Positions 31,162 through 40,142 of a DNA stretch of 64,000 bases are shown here, one piece after another (the first letter of the stretch is position 1; each line of letters begins with the position of its first letter). The DNA lies in contig JBNJEU010000005.1 in assembly GCA_051746205.1 (NCBI GenBank), positions 1,344 to 65,343 on the forward strand, written 5' to 3'. The position numbers and the translations under genes were made by a program. The notes under the pieces are model-generated. The model worked only from the letters and a program-made list of their open reading frames with translations, was not told where the DNA came from and searched no databases. This DNA is from Pseudomonadota bacterium (GTDB lineage: Bacteria > Pseudomonadota > Gammaproteobacteria > Thiohalospirales > Thiohalospiraceae).

Positions 31162-32139
31162 ATGTCTTCCGGAACGAGTGGTGGACCAACGCGGCGCGAT
31201 TTTCTGGCCGGTCTGGGGCGCTGGGGTGTCGCCGTGCCGGTGGCCGGGGTTTCCGGTATGGCGGTGGCCTCCGGTGGCTCGCCGCTGGAATCCGGCCGTC
31301 CGGCGGAGGGGCCGGGCGCGGGGGACGGCATCGGTCTGGCGCTGGGTTCCGGCGGCGCCTCCGGTCTGGCGCACATCCGCGTCTTCGAGGTCCTCGACGA
31401 GCTGGGGGTGAAGCCGGATCGCATCGTCGGCAGCAGCATCGGCGCGTTGCTGGGATCCCTGTATGCCGACGGCTACAGTGGACGCGAGATCCGCGAGCTG
31501 ATGGCCGACCTCTTCCCCGATGATGCTCGAGGCTGGCTCGAAAACTTCACCAGCGGTGGCTGGCGCCGGTTGACCGGCCTGCTCAACGTCAACCTGCTCG
31601 AGATCCAGCTGCTGGACGTGGACGATACCCGCGATTTCCTCGCGAACCACCTGTCCGCACGGCGTTTCGAGGAGCTGAGTATCCCGTTTCAGGCCGTCAC
31701 CGCCGAACTCTGGGAGCGTGGCGAGCGCCTGTTCGACGAGGGCCCGCTGCACGACGCCATCCTTGCCAGCATGGCGCTGCCGGGCCTGCTGCCGCCGATC
31801 CGGATCGACGGGGTGGAGCTGCTCGACGGTGGAATGGTGAACCCGGTGCCCATCGACCACATCCGGGGTGCCGAATTCACCATCGGGGTCGACGTCAATG
31901 GCCGGAGTACGCCCGGTGACGACAGTCCCGGCTTCTTCGACAGCCTCTTCAACACGTTCCAGATCATGCAGGCCTCCATCGCTCGGGAAAAGCGCCACCA
32001 CGAGGAGCCGGACATCTACCTGCAACCGCCCATCGAAGGAGTGCGGGTCCTCGACTTTCACAAGGCGAGTTCGGTCTATGCACAGTCGGAGCCGGAGATG
32101 GAACGGCTGAAGCGCGCCCTGGAAGAGTACCTTGGCTGA
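31162..32139 (+). CDS. Patatin-like phospholipase with twin-arginine signal
   Basis: AAGGAG SD. TRRDFL Tat motif, GSGGASG oxyanion loop, GSSIG nucleophile, DGG. Confidence 0.85.
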   Translation: MSSGTSGGPTRRDFLAGLGRWGVAVPVAGVSGMAVASGGSPLESGRPAEGPGAGDGIGLALGSGGASGLAHIRVFEVLDELGVKPDRIVGSSIGALLGSLYADGYSGREIRELMADLFPDDARGWLENFTSGGWRRLTGLLNVNLLEIQLLDVDDTRDFLANHLSARRFEELSIPFQAVTAELWERGERLFDEGPLHDAILASMALPGLLPPIRIDGVELLDGGMVNPVPIDHIRGAEFTIGVDVNGRSTPGDDSPGFFDSLFNTFQIMQASIAREKRHHEEPDIYLQPPIEGVRVLDFHKASSVYAQSEPEMERLKRALEEYLG

Positions 32140-32187
32140 AGGCGTCGGTCGGCGGTGGCGGGCCGCGGCCCGATCCGGGGAAGACGA

Positions 32188-34023
32188 ATGGTGAAGTGGC
32201 TGCGTTCGCTCTGGCTTCCCGCCACCCTGCTGATCCTGGCCGGTGGGTTCTGGGCGAGTCCCGATTTCAAAGGGGTCGCCGGCGGCATCGCCCTCTTCCT
32301 GTTCGGCATGCGCTCGCTGGAGGAAGGTTTCAGGACCTTCACCGGCGGGACCCTGGAGCAATTGTTGCGTCGTTCCACCGATCGGCTGTGGAAGAGCCTC
32401 GGTTTCGGACTGGTGGCGACGACCCTGATGCAGTCCAGCACGCTGGTCTCGCTGATCACCATCGCCTTTGTCAGCTCCGGGATGATCACGCTGGCCGGCG
32501 GGATCGGGATCATCATGGGGGCGAACCTCGGCACCACCACCGGGGCGTGGCTCATCGCCGGCCTCGGTCTGCGGGTGGACATCGCCGCCTATGCCATGCC
32601 CTTTGTGGTCTTCGGGGTGGTGTTGCTGTTCCAGCGCACCGTTCACATGAAAGGGTTCGGCTATCTCTGCCTCGGCGTTGGCTTCCTCTTCCTCGGGATC
32701 CACTACATCAAGGAGGGGTTCGACGCCTTCTCCGGGGATCTCGACCTGGCCGCCTTCGCCATGACCGGGTTTGCCGGGGTGCTGGTCTATACCGCCGTGG
32801 GCCTGGTCGCCACGGTGATCACCCAGTCCAGCCATGCCACCCTGCTGCTGGTGATTACCGCGCTGGCCAGCGGGCAGATCGGCTACGAGAATGCCCTGGC
32901 GGTGACCATCGGCGCCAATCTGGGCAGCACCACATCGGCGCTGCTGGGGGGGGTGACTGCCAACCTTGGTGGCAAGCGGTTGGCCATTGCCCATGTGATC
33001 TTCAATGTCACGACGGCGGTGCTGACCATTGCGCTCATTGTCCCGATGGTCTGGATCGTGGAGGTGGTCAGCTCATCCATCGGCATCGCCCCCGGCGACT
33101 ACATGCTTCAGCTGGCGGTCTTCCATACTCTCTTCAACCTCATGGGCGTTGTACTCATGGCCCCCTTCGTCAGGCAGCTGGAGGGCCTGTTACTGAGCCA
33201 TGTGACGATTTCCCGGGGGGATGTGGAAACGCCCCGGTATCTCTATCCAGAGGCGCTGGGGACACCGGACACGGCGGTCAGCGCGGTGCGCAGCGAGGTC
33301 GGCCGACTGTTCGAAAACGCCTACGGTCTCATCGCCCATGGTCTCGGCCTCCGCCGGGTGGTCATCGAATCGGAACAGTCTCTGAGTGACGCGGTGGCGA
33401 ACACCCGCCGGATCATGCCGCTGGATGTGGACAACCTGTACGAGGCACGGGTGAAGTCGCTGCACAGCAGCATCGTCGCCTTCATCAGCGAGGCCCAGCG
33501 CCACAACCTTTCGGAAGGGGCCATCAACGAACTCTTCGCGTTGCGCCAGGCCAGCCAGGACGTGGTCGAGGCGGTCAAGGCGATGAAACACCTCCACAAG
33601 AATCTCCTGCGGTACGGGGTCTCGGGGGATCCGGCCATCCGCGACCGGTACGACGCCATGCGATTGCAACTGGCGCGGCTCCTGCGAGAGATCCGTCAAT
33701 TGCAATCGGAATCGCCCGAGGACGTCACCGGTCTGTCACTGGATGCCCTCAAGGTGGAACTGGAAAAATCGACTCACCGGCAGATGAACGCGATCGATGA
33801 GCAGATCCGCCGACGCCAGATCAGCCCCGAGGTTGCCACCTCGATGATGAACGACGAGGGCTACGCCCGCGCCATCGGGAAGCGACTGATCCGGGCGGCG
33901 CGCTCGCTGGTACCGCCGCGCGCCCAGGCGGAGCGGGATGCCGAGACACAGCTCAGTCTGGATGACGACGCCATTGCCGAACTGGTGGAAGAGGAATCGT
34001 CGGGGGGGGAGAGCAAGCGATGA
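32188..34023 (+). CDS. Na/Pi cotransporter family protein
   Basis: Repeated MQSS...GANLGTT and TQSS...GANLGST motifs; helical cytoplasmic C-terminus. Confidence 0.9.
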   Translation: MVKWLRSLWLPATLLILAGGFWASPDFKGVAGGIALFLFGMRSLEEGFRTFTGGTLEQLLRRSTDRLWKSLGFGLVATTLMQSSTLVSLITIAFVSSGMITLAGGIGIIMGANLGTTTGAWLIAGLGLRVDIAAYAMPFVVFGVVLLFQRTVHMKGFGYLCLGVGFLFLGIHYIKEGFDAFSGDLDLAAFAMTGFAGVLVYTAVGLVATVITQSSHATLLLVITALASGQIGYENALAVTIGANLGSTTSALLGGVTANLGGKRLAIAHVIFNVTTAVLTIALIVPMVWIVEVVSSSIGIAPGDYMLQLAVFHTLFNLMGVVLMAPFVRQLEGLLLSHVTISRGDVETPRYLYPEALGTPDTAVSAVRSEVGRLFENAYGLIAHGLGLRRVVIESEQSLSDAVANTRRIMPLDVDNLYEARVKSLHSSIVAFISEAQRHNLSEGAINELFALRQASQDVVEAVKAMKHLHKNLLRYGVSGDPAIRDRYDAMRLQLARLLREIRQLQSESPEDVTGLSLDALKVELEKSTHRQMNAIDEQIRRRQISPEVATSMMNDEGYARAIGKRLIRAARSLVPPRAQAERDAETQLSLDDDAIAELVEEESSGGESKR

Positions 34024-34298
34024 AAACCCGTACCTTGCTGGAACGCCTGGCCACGTTGCTCGGTTCTGACAGTCCGGCCCTGTGGCGGGAACGCCGGGCC
34101 ATCCTGGAGGTGTTGGGCCGGCTTCGGGCCAAGGAGCGCAAGTTCCAGCGCCAGCTAGCCGAAAGCAGTGACGACGAGGAACGCGAGGCACTGCAAGGAC
34201 GGCTGCGGGTGGTCCATGCCCAGCGGCGCAAGGGGGTCGAGCGGCTGCTCGAAATCCGCCGATACCGTCGGGAAAAAGGGGGCCGATCCCGGCTCTAG
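34020..34298 (+). CDS. Small charged helical hypothetical protein coupled to the Na/Pi gene
   Basis: 92 aa, ATGA overlap with the upstream stop; coiled-coil-like composition. Confidence 0.65.
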   Translation: MKTRTLLERLATLLGSDSPALWRERRAILEVLGRLRAKERKFQRQLAESSDDEEREALQGRLRVVHAQRRKGVERLLEIRRYRREKGGRSRL

Positions 34299-34891
34299 CG
34301 ACGATCCATGAGGGCACTTCCGATCCGGAAGCCCAGCAGCACTCCGAACACGACCGCGTAGTACGTGAATTCCCGATAATCGGCCCGGATCTGCATCCAG
34401 TAATGGAGCAGACCGAGGGCGAGGGCGGGGTAGATGAGCCGGTGCAACCACTGCCAGGTTTGCCGCTTCATGCGCCGTTTCACCATCGCGGGCGAGGTCA
34501 GCGCCAGCGGGAGCAGCAACAGCAGTGCCGCCAGTCCCGTGGCGAGGTAGGGGAGGTCCAGCACTTCCTTCCAGGCCCACCCCCACGCCCATCCCTGTAT
34601 CACTCCGAGCCAGATCAGGGCGTGGCCGAGCAGCCAGGCCCAGGCCCAGAGTCCCAGCCGGCGTCGCACCGCCATGAATCCCGACCAGCGGGTCAACCGG
34701 AAGGCGGGGCCCAGGGACAGGGTCGCGAGGAGCAGGAACAGGCCGGTGGTTCCGGCGAAGTGCATCGCCGTCTCTTCCGGAATGATCCCGAGCGCGCCCC
34801 GGCGCCACGCCCACGCCAGCCAGAGGGCGGGCACCACCCCGGCGGCGGTGATCAGCAGGCGGAGGGCGATGACGAGCCGGGGGTGGCGCAT
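34295..34891 (-). CDS. msrQ: Protein-methionine-sulfoxide reductase heme subunit
   Basis: RRRLGLWA, LALTS and WQWLHRLIY...LLHY heme-His motifs; follows msrP. Confidence 0.92.
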   Translation of the reverse strand: MRHPRLVIALRLLITAAGVVPALWLAWAWRRGALGIIPEETAMHFAGTTGLFLLLATLSLGPAFRLTRWSGFMAVRRRLGLWAWAWLLGHALIWLGVIQGWAWGWAWKEVLDLPYLATGLAALLLLLPLALTSPAMVKRRMKRQTWQWLHRLIYPALALGLLHYWMQIRADYREFTYYAVVFGVLLGFRIGSALMDRR

Positions 34892-35850
34892 CAGAAGTGC
34901 TTCGTCAGATCCATGTCCGAGTAGAGGTGGGCGACCTCTTCGCCGTAGCCGTTGAACATTTCCGTCTCCCGCTTGCCCGATTCACCGATGCGTCGCTCCC
35001 GCGCCTGGTTCCAGCGCGGGTGGGAGACCTCCGGATTGACGTTGGCGTAGAAGCCGTACTCGTTCGGCGCGGCCTCCTCCCAGGTGGTGGTCGGCCTGTC
35101 CTCCTGGAGATGGATCCGGACGATGGACTTGATGCTCTTGAAGCCGTACTTCCACGGGACCACCAGCCGCAGCGGCGCGCCGTTCTGGTTCGGCAGTTCC
35201 CGGCCGTAGAGACCGACGGCGAGGAGGGTCAGCGGGTGCATGGCCTCGTCCATGCGCAGCGCCTCGCGGTACGGCCAGTCGAGGATGTCGCGCCGCTGAC
35301 CGCGCATCTGTTCCGGGTCGTGCAGGGTCTCGAAGACCACGTATTTCGCCCGCGAGGTCGGCCCGTGGCGCTTCAGCAGCGCGCCCAGCTCGAAGCCGTT
35401 CCACGGGATGACCATGGACCACGCCTCCACGCAGCGCAGCCGGTAGATCCGCTCCTCCAGGGTCTGCGGACGAACGATGTCCTCGAAGGCGAAAGTGCCC
35501 GGTTTCTCCACCTCGCCGTCGATGGTGACCGACCAGGGGTCGGTGTCGAGCTGGTGGGCCCAGTCGGCCGGGTCGCGCTTGCGGGTGCCGAATTCGTAGA
35601 AGTTGTTGTAGCCGGTGACGGCGTCGTGATCGGTGAGCGCTTCGTCGGTGGTGTGGGGACCGGTCCCGGCGGCCTCCAGCGACTCCTCGAGCCAGTCCGC
35701 GCGGGCCGGGATGCCGTATCCGGCGAGTCCTCCGCCGAGCGCCGCCCCGAGGAGCAGACCGCTGCTCTGGCGCAGGAATCGGCGGCGATCCCGGTACACG
35801 GATTCGGGGGTGATGGGGCCGGGAGGGAGGGGATACCGGTAGCGCGTCAT
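34891..35850 (-). CDS. msrP: Protein-methionine-sulfoxide reductase catalytic subunit
   Basis: Tat motif [42 protein letters not shown]. Confidence 0.96.
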   Translation of the reverse strand: MTRYRYPLPPGPITPESVYRDRRRFLRQSSGLLLGAALGGGLAGYGIPARADWLEESLEAAGTGPHTTDEALTDHDAVTGYNNFYEFGTRKRDPADWAHQLDTDPWSVTIDGEVEKPGTFAFEDIVRPQTLEERIYRLRCVEAWSMVIPWNGFELGALLKRHGPTSRAKYVVFETLHDPEQMRGQRRDILDWPYREALRMDEAMHPLTLLAVGLYGRELPNQNGAPLRLVVPWKYGFKSIKSIVRIHLQEDRPTTTWEEAAPNEYGFYANVNPEVSHPRWNQARERRIGESGKRETEMFNGYGEEVAHLYSDMDLTKHF

Positions 35851-35957
35851 TGGGCTCTCGCTTGCTGCGTGGCCCCGATACTGGATGGGTCCAGAGGGGG
35901 CGTAGATTGATCCGGATCATGGGCTCAAGGGTCAGTCCCGGCATGGGGTGGTTCCGC

Positions 35958-35986
35958 TTGCCGAGTTTGTAGACCCAGTCTAGCTT
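35958..35986 (+). promoter_or_regulatory. Putative sigma-70 promoter with no annotated long ORF downstream
   Basis: TTGCCG-N17-TAGCTT. Confidence 0.45.
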
Positions 35987-36067
35987 GGATTGAGAATAAA
36001 TACAGAGGCCCCGGTTACTGAATCGATGAAGACTGATGGTATTCCGACAACCCTTGGGGAGAACAAC

Positions 36068-36100
36068 ATGCGATGCACGACGTTCCGTATGTCGCCATGA
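36068..36100 (+). CDS. Candidate 10-aa small ORF MRCTTFRMSP (24 aa if started at 36026)
   Basis: GGGGAG SD then AACAAC then ATG; lies between the putative promoter and terminator. Not recognised as any family. Confidence 0.35.
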   Translation: MRCTTFRMSP

Positions 36101-36118
36101 CCCGCCGAGGCCGTGGCG

Positions 36119-36142
36119 TTCGGGAGAGCCCGGATTCGTTTT
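36119..36142 (+). terminator. Possible weak intrinsic terminator
   Basis: TTCGGG-AGAG-CCCGGA stem followed by TTCGTTTT. Confidence 0.4.
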
Positions 36143-36156
36143 CCGACGTCGCGCGA

Positions 36157-36762
36157 TCAGTCGGGCGATTCGAAAACCGGACCGCCCACCGTGTGGCTGG
36201 TATAGCGCTCCAGGCGCGCCCGTTCCAGCGGGAAATCCGGTGGCAGACCGGCCTTCCGGCGCAACTGGCGCAGAAACTCCGCCGGGTCCGGCAGGCTCTC
36301 CCAGACCGCCGGCAGGAAGGTGCCCCGGTGGCCGTCGGCCTCGAGCACCAGGCCGTCCTCGCCGGGGCGGAGCTTCGACAGCAGATCCGCCTCCGAGGCG
36401 AAGGCCAGCGGTTCCGGCGGCGTCAGCACGGCCACCGAGACATCGAGCCCCTCGAGTTCATCCGGCGTGACCGGCGGAAAGCGCGGGTCCCGGGCGGCGG
36501 CCGCGGCGGCGTTGTGAATCACATCGGCCGCGAGCGGCCGCACCGCCTCCAGTGAACCGATGCAGCCCCGCAGTCCGTCCGCCGCTTCCCCGGCTTGTCG
36601 CTGTTTCAGGGTGACGAAGCTCGCCCCGGGGCGAGCGAGTTCGTCCGGCTCCCGAGGGGGTTCCGGCAGCGGCTCGGCGCGAGCGGTGGCGATCACACCG
36701 GCCCGTGCCAGTGCGAGCAGCGCTTCGCGGGCGGCCGGGGAAGGGCCTTCGGACGCGTTCAT
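36157..36762 (-). CDS. amrA: AmmeMemoRadiSam system protein A (AMMECR1 domain)
   Basis: ASFVTL, LRGCIGS, AARDPRFPPV and GTFLPAVWE motifs. Confidence 0.92.
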   Translation of the reverse strand: MNASEGPSPAAREALLALARAGVIATARAEPLPEPPREPDELARPGASFVTLKQRQAGEAADGLRGCIGSLEAVRPLAADVIHNAAAAAARDPRFPPVTPDELEGLDVSVAVLTPPEPLAFASEADLLSKLRPGEDGLVLEADGHRGTFLPAVWESLPDPAEFLRQLRRKAGLPPDFPLERARLERYTSHTVGGPVFESPD

Positions 36763-37574
36763 GCCGCCACCTCGGAGGTGCCCGGTTCGATGAAGGCGTA
36801 GGCCCCGTAGCCGACCACCTGTTCCGGGCTCCCGGCGGTGTCCGCCGAGGTGCGCCGATCCAGGGTCTTCGCGACCAGGCCGCGTCGACGGGCCACGGTC
36901 AGCAGGCCGTTGAGGGGGGTGCGGCCACAGGCGTTGTCGAAGCCGATGGCGTCGGGGCGCAGCTCCTCGATGGCGCGGGAGGTCGCGCCGTCCAGTTGCC
37001 GGGCGGTGGACTCGTCGTGGAAGTGCGAGAGGTCGGAACTGATCACCACCAGCGTCTCCGGTCCGCCCCACAGGCGGTCGAGGACCTCGGCCACCTCGTC
37101 CGGTTCGGCCTCGCCGACCACCAGCGGCACGATCCGGAACTCGCCGAGGACGCGCTGGAGGAACGGCAACTGGACTTCGAGACTGTGTTCCCGGGCGTGG
37201 GCGACGGCCAGGTTGCCCACCTGGGGCAGGTCGGCGATGGCGGCGATGCCGTCGGTGTCCACGGGGATGTCGCCCAGCGGCGTGCGCAGGGCGTCGACAT
37301 CCGGCAGCGCGAGGCCGCGGAAGGGGACGCGGTGCGCCGGCCCCAGCAGTATGACCCGGCGGATCGATTCGCGCCGGGGGGCCACGGCGCGGTAGACGCT
37401 GGCGGCCACCGGGCCGGAATAGGGGTAACCGGCGTGCGGGGCGACGATGGCCTTGGGTGCCGGGCCTTCGCCGGGCGCCGCCGCGGCCAGATAGTCGTCC
37501 ACCATCCGGCCGAGGGTGCCGGCGTCGGCGGGGTAGAACATGCCCGCCACGGCGGGCTGGCGGATCGCGGTCAC
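36759..37574 (-). CDS. amrB: AmmeMemoRadiSam system protein B (MEMO1 family)
   Basis: IRQPAVAGMFYP, APHAGYPYSG, EHSLEVQLPFLQ, SSDLSH and VVGY motifs. Confidence 0.93.
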   Translation of the reverse strand: MTAIRQPAVAGMFYPADAGTLGRMVDDYLAAAAPGEGPAPKAIVAPHAGYPYSGPVAASVYRAVAPRRESIRRVILLGPAHRVPFRGLALPDVDALRTPLGDIPVDTDGIAAIADLPQVGNLAVAHAREHSLEVQLPFLQRVLGEFRIVPLVVGEAEPDEVAEVLDRLWGGPETLVVISSDLSHFHDESTARQLDGATSRAIEELRPDAIGFDNACGRTPLNGLLTVARRRGLVAKTLDRRTSADTAGSPEQVVGYGAYAFIEPGTSEVAA

Positions 37575-37631
37575 TGTCGTGCTCCCGGACCCCGACGGGA
37601 TCCCATGACGGTCTGAATGATCTATACCTCC

Positions 37632-37660
37632 AATGTAGGATCGAACATGCGACATTCCAA
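37632..37660 (-). promoter_or_regulatory. Putative sigma-70 promoter for amrB-amrA abutting the inverted repeat
   Basis: Minus strand TTGGAA-N17-TACATT; its -35 shares base 37660 with the repeat arm. Confidence 0.5.
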
Positions 37661-37840
37661 GCCGTTCGAGCCCGGGTGGGTGCGGCGGCGCGGGGGATCG
37701 GGTGGGAGGCTCGATCCGGGGGCGTCAGCGGCCATGGATGGCCGCTGTCGAGCTTACATGGATGTATTCATGGCGTCCCCCGGGTCGACGCCCCCCACCC
37801 GATCCCCCGCGCCGCCGCACCCACCCGGGCTCGAACGGCT
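37660..37840. repeat. 181-bp long inverted-repeat element with perfect 47-bp arms
   Basis: 37660-37706 (AGCCGTTCGAGCCCGGGTGGGTGCGGCGGCGCGGGGGATCGGGTGGG) is the exact reverse complement of 37794-37840. Imperfect pairing continues inward for about 20 bp. Confidence 0.95.
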
Positions 37841-37862
37841 GAACAGACCTCGGAGGATGCTG

Positions 37863-38996
37863 ATGACCGACCAGCCCATTCGAACGCCCGGCGAGAGTGA
37901 CCGGCCCGACATCGTGCCGACGCAGTACTGGCATGTGCTCGACGACGGTCGAGTGCAGTGCGATCTCTGTCCACGCTTCTGCAAGTTGAAGGAGGGGCAG
38001 CGCGGCCTCTGCTTCGTGCGCGGCAACGATGGTGGTCAGGTGGTGCTGGCCACCTACGGTCGATCCAGCGGCTTCTGCATCGACCCCATCGAGAAGAAGC
38101 CGCTGAATCACTTTCTGCCCGGGTCGCCGGTGCTGTCGTTCGGGACCGCCGGCTGCAATCTGGCCTGCAAGTACTGCCAGAACTGGGACATGACCAAGGC
38201 GCGTGAGACCGATATCCTGGCCGACTACGCCTCGCCGGAAACGGTGGCACGCACCGCCGAGGCGTATGGTTGTCGGAGCATCGCCTACACTTACAACGAC
38301 CCGATCATCTTCCACGAGTACGCCATCGACATCGCGAAGGCGTGCCGGGAGCGTGGCATCCGCTCGGTGGCGGTGACCTCCGGCTACGTCTCTCCGGAAC
38401 CTCGGGCCGAGTTCTATCGGTACATGGACGCCGCCAACATCGACCTGAAGGCGTTCAGCGAAGAGTTCTATCGCACGCTCACCGGCGGCGAGCTGCAGCC
38501 GGTTCTCGATACCATCCGCTATATTTATCACGAGACCGATGTCTGGCTGGAGCTGACGACCCTGGTCATCCCCGGTCACAACGACAGCGCCGACGAGATC
38601 GCCGAACTCAGCGCCTGGGTGCGTGATGAACTGGGTCCCGAGGTGCCGCTGCACTTTACCGCCTTCCATCCCGACTGGAAGATGACCGATACACCGCCGA
38701 CGCCGCTGGCGACCCTGCGCGACGCTCGCGCCATTGCCCGGGAAGCGGGGTTGCACCATGTCTATCTCGGCAACGTGCTCGAACCGGAGGGCGGGGTGAC
38801 GCGGTGCCACGCCTGTGGTGCCGAGGTCATCCGGCGCGACGGCTATACCCTGACCCACTGGGGGCTGGAGAGCGGTGGTCGTTGTGCCCAGTGCGGGGCG
38901 GTGGTGTCCGGGGTGTTCGAGGCGGAGCCCGGCGACTGGGGGAGTCGGCGGCAACCTGTGCGCCTCGCCTCGGAAAAAGGGGACAGTCCCGTTTAA
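37863..38996 (+). CDS. amrS: AmmeMemoRadiSam system radical SAM enzyme
   Basis: [33 protein letters not shown] (CxxxCxxC) and LHFTAFHP motifs. Confidence 0.93.
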   Translation: MTDQPIRTPGESDRPDIVPTQYWHVLDDGRVQCDLCPRFCKLKEGQRGLCFVRGNDGGQVVLATYGRSSGFCIDPIEKKPLNHFLPGSPVLSFGTAGCNLACKYCQNWDMTKARETDILADYASPETVARTAEAYGCRSIAYTYNDPIIFHEYAIDIAKACRERGIRSVAVTSGYVSPEPRAEFYRYMDAANIDLKAFSEEFYRTLTGGELQPVLDTIRYIYHETDVWLELTTLVIPGHNDSADEIAELSAWVRDELGPEVPLHFTAFHPDWKMTDTPPTPLATLRDARAIAREAGLHHVYLGNVLEPEGGVTRCHACGAEVIRRDGYTLTHWGLESGGRCAQCGAVVSGVFEAEPGDWGSRRQPVRLASEKGDSPV

Positions 38997-40138
38997 CCGA
39001 GAAGCCGCCGCAGCAGGGCCTGATGGACGAGATGGAGCTGGTCAAGGTGGGCCGCCTCGACCCGCTCGTCCACCTGGTGGATGGTGGCGTTGAGCGGACC
39101 CAGCTCGACCACCTGCGCCCCGGTCGGGGCGATGAAGCGCCCGTCCGAGGTGCCGCCGGAGGTCGACAGCGCCGGTTCGCGGCCCAGCACCTCGGCCACC
39201 GCCGCCCGCACGCCGTCGACCAGTGTCCCCGGCTCGGTGACGAAGGCCTCTCCCGAGAGCACCCATTCCAGCTCGTAGTCGAGCCCGTGGCGTTCGAGGA
39301 TCGCCTCCACCCGCGCCTTCAGCCCCTCCGCCGTCGACGCCGTGCCGAAGCGGAAGTTGAACATCACCTCCAGGGTGCCGGGGATGATGTTGGTCGCCCC
39401 GGTGCCGGCGCTGATGTTGGCGATCTGGAAGCCGGTGGGCGGGAAGAAGTCGTCGCCCCGGTCCCACTCGGTGGCGGCCAGCTCCGCCAGCGCCGGCGCG
39501 GCCCGGTGGACCGGATTGTCGGCCAGATGGGGGTAGGCGACATGGCCCTGGCGCCCCTTCACGGTCAGATACCCGCTCAGGGAGCCGCGCCGGCCGTTCT
39601 TCACGGCGTCGGCCAGTTGCTCGGCGGAGGAGGGCTCGCCCACCAGACACCAGTCGATGGTCTCACCGCGCGCCACCAGGGTGTCGATTACCCGTTTGGT
39701 GCCGTTGACCGCCGGCCCTTCCTCGTCGCTGGTGAGCAGGAAGCCGATGCGCCCCCGGGGGCTGGTGCCGCCGGCGAGATAGGCCTCGACGGCGGTGACC
39801 ATGGCCGCCACCGAGCCCTTCATGTCGGCGGCGCCGCGCCCGCGCAGCAGGCCGTCGGCATCGATGGTCGGTACGAACGGCGGCGTCGACCACGCCGACT
39901 CCGGCCCGGTCGGCACCACGTCGACGTGGCCGGCAAAGACCAGCAGCGGGCCGCTGTCGCCGTACACCGCCCAGAGGTTGTCCACCTCCTCGAACGGCAT
40001 CGATTCGACGGTGAAGCCGACGGCGGCCAGCCGCTCGCCGATGAGCGCCAGACAGCCGGCATCGTCCGGGGTCACCGAGCGCCGGCCGATGAGGTCGCGG
40101 GCCAGCGCCAGGGTGGCCGATTCGCCGTTCGCCGCCAC
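38993..40138 (-). CDS. dapE: Succinyl-diaminopimelate desuccinylase
   Basis: GTG after [32 protein letters not shown] and NATIH motifs. Confidence 0.95.
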   Translation of the reverse strand: MAANGESATLALARDLIGRRSVTPDDAGCLALIGERLAAVGFTVESMPFEEVDNLWAVYGDSGPLLVFAGHVDVVPTGPESAWSTPPFVPTIDADGLLRGRGAADMKGSVAAMVTAVEAYLAGGTSPRGRIGFLLTSDEEGPAVNGTKRVIDTLVARGETIDWCLVGEPSSAEQLADAVKNGRRGSLSGYLTVKGRQGHVAYPHLADNPVHRAAPALAELAATEWDRGDDFFPPTGFQIANISAGTGATNIIPGTLEVMFNFRFGTASTAEGLKARVEAILERHGLDYELEWVLSGEAFVTEPGTLVDGVRAAVAEVLGREPALSTSGGTSDGRFIAPTGAQVVELGPLNATIHQVDERVEAAHLDQLHLVHQALLRRLLG

Positions 40139-40142
40139 CTCC

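Noticed and set aside
36030-36065. GATGGTATTCC resembling the fluoride riboswitch core
   Set aside because: The flanking P1 stem and downstream pseudoknot partner are missing, and no fluoride-related gene follows.
36098-36142. TGA plus downstream hairpin as a selenocysteine read-through signal
   Set aside because: The read-through product resembles no selenoprotein, and the hairpin looks more like a terminator than a bacterial SECIS.
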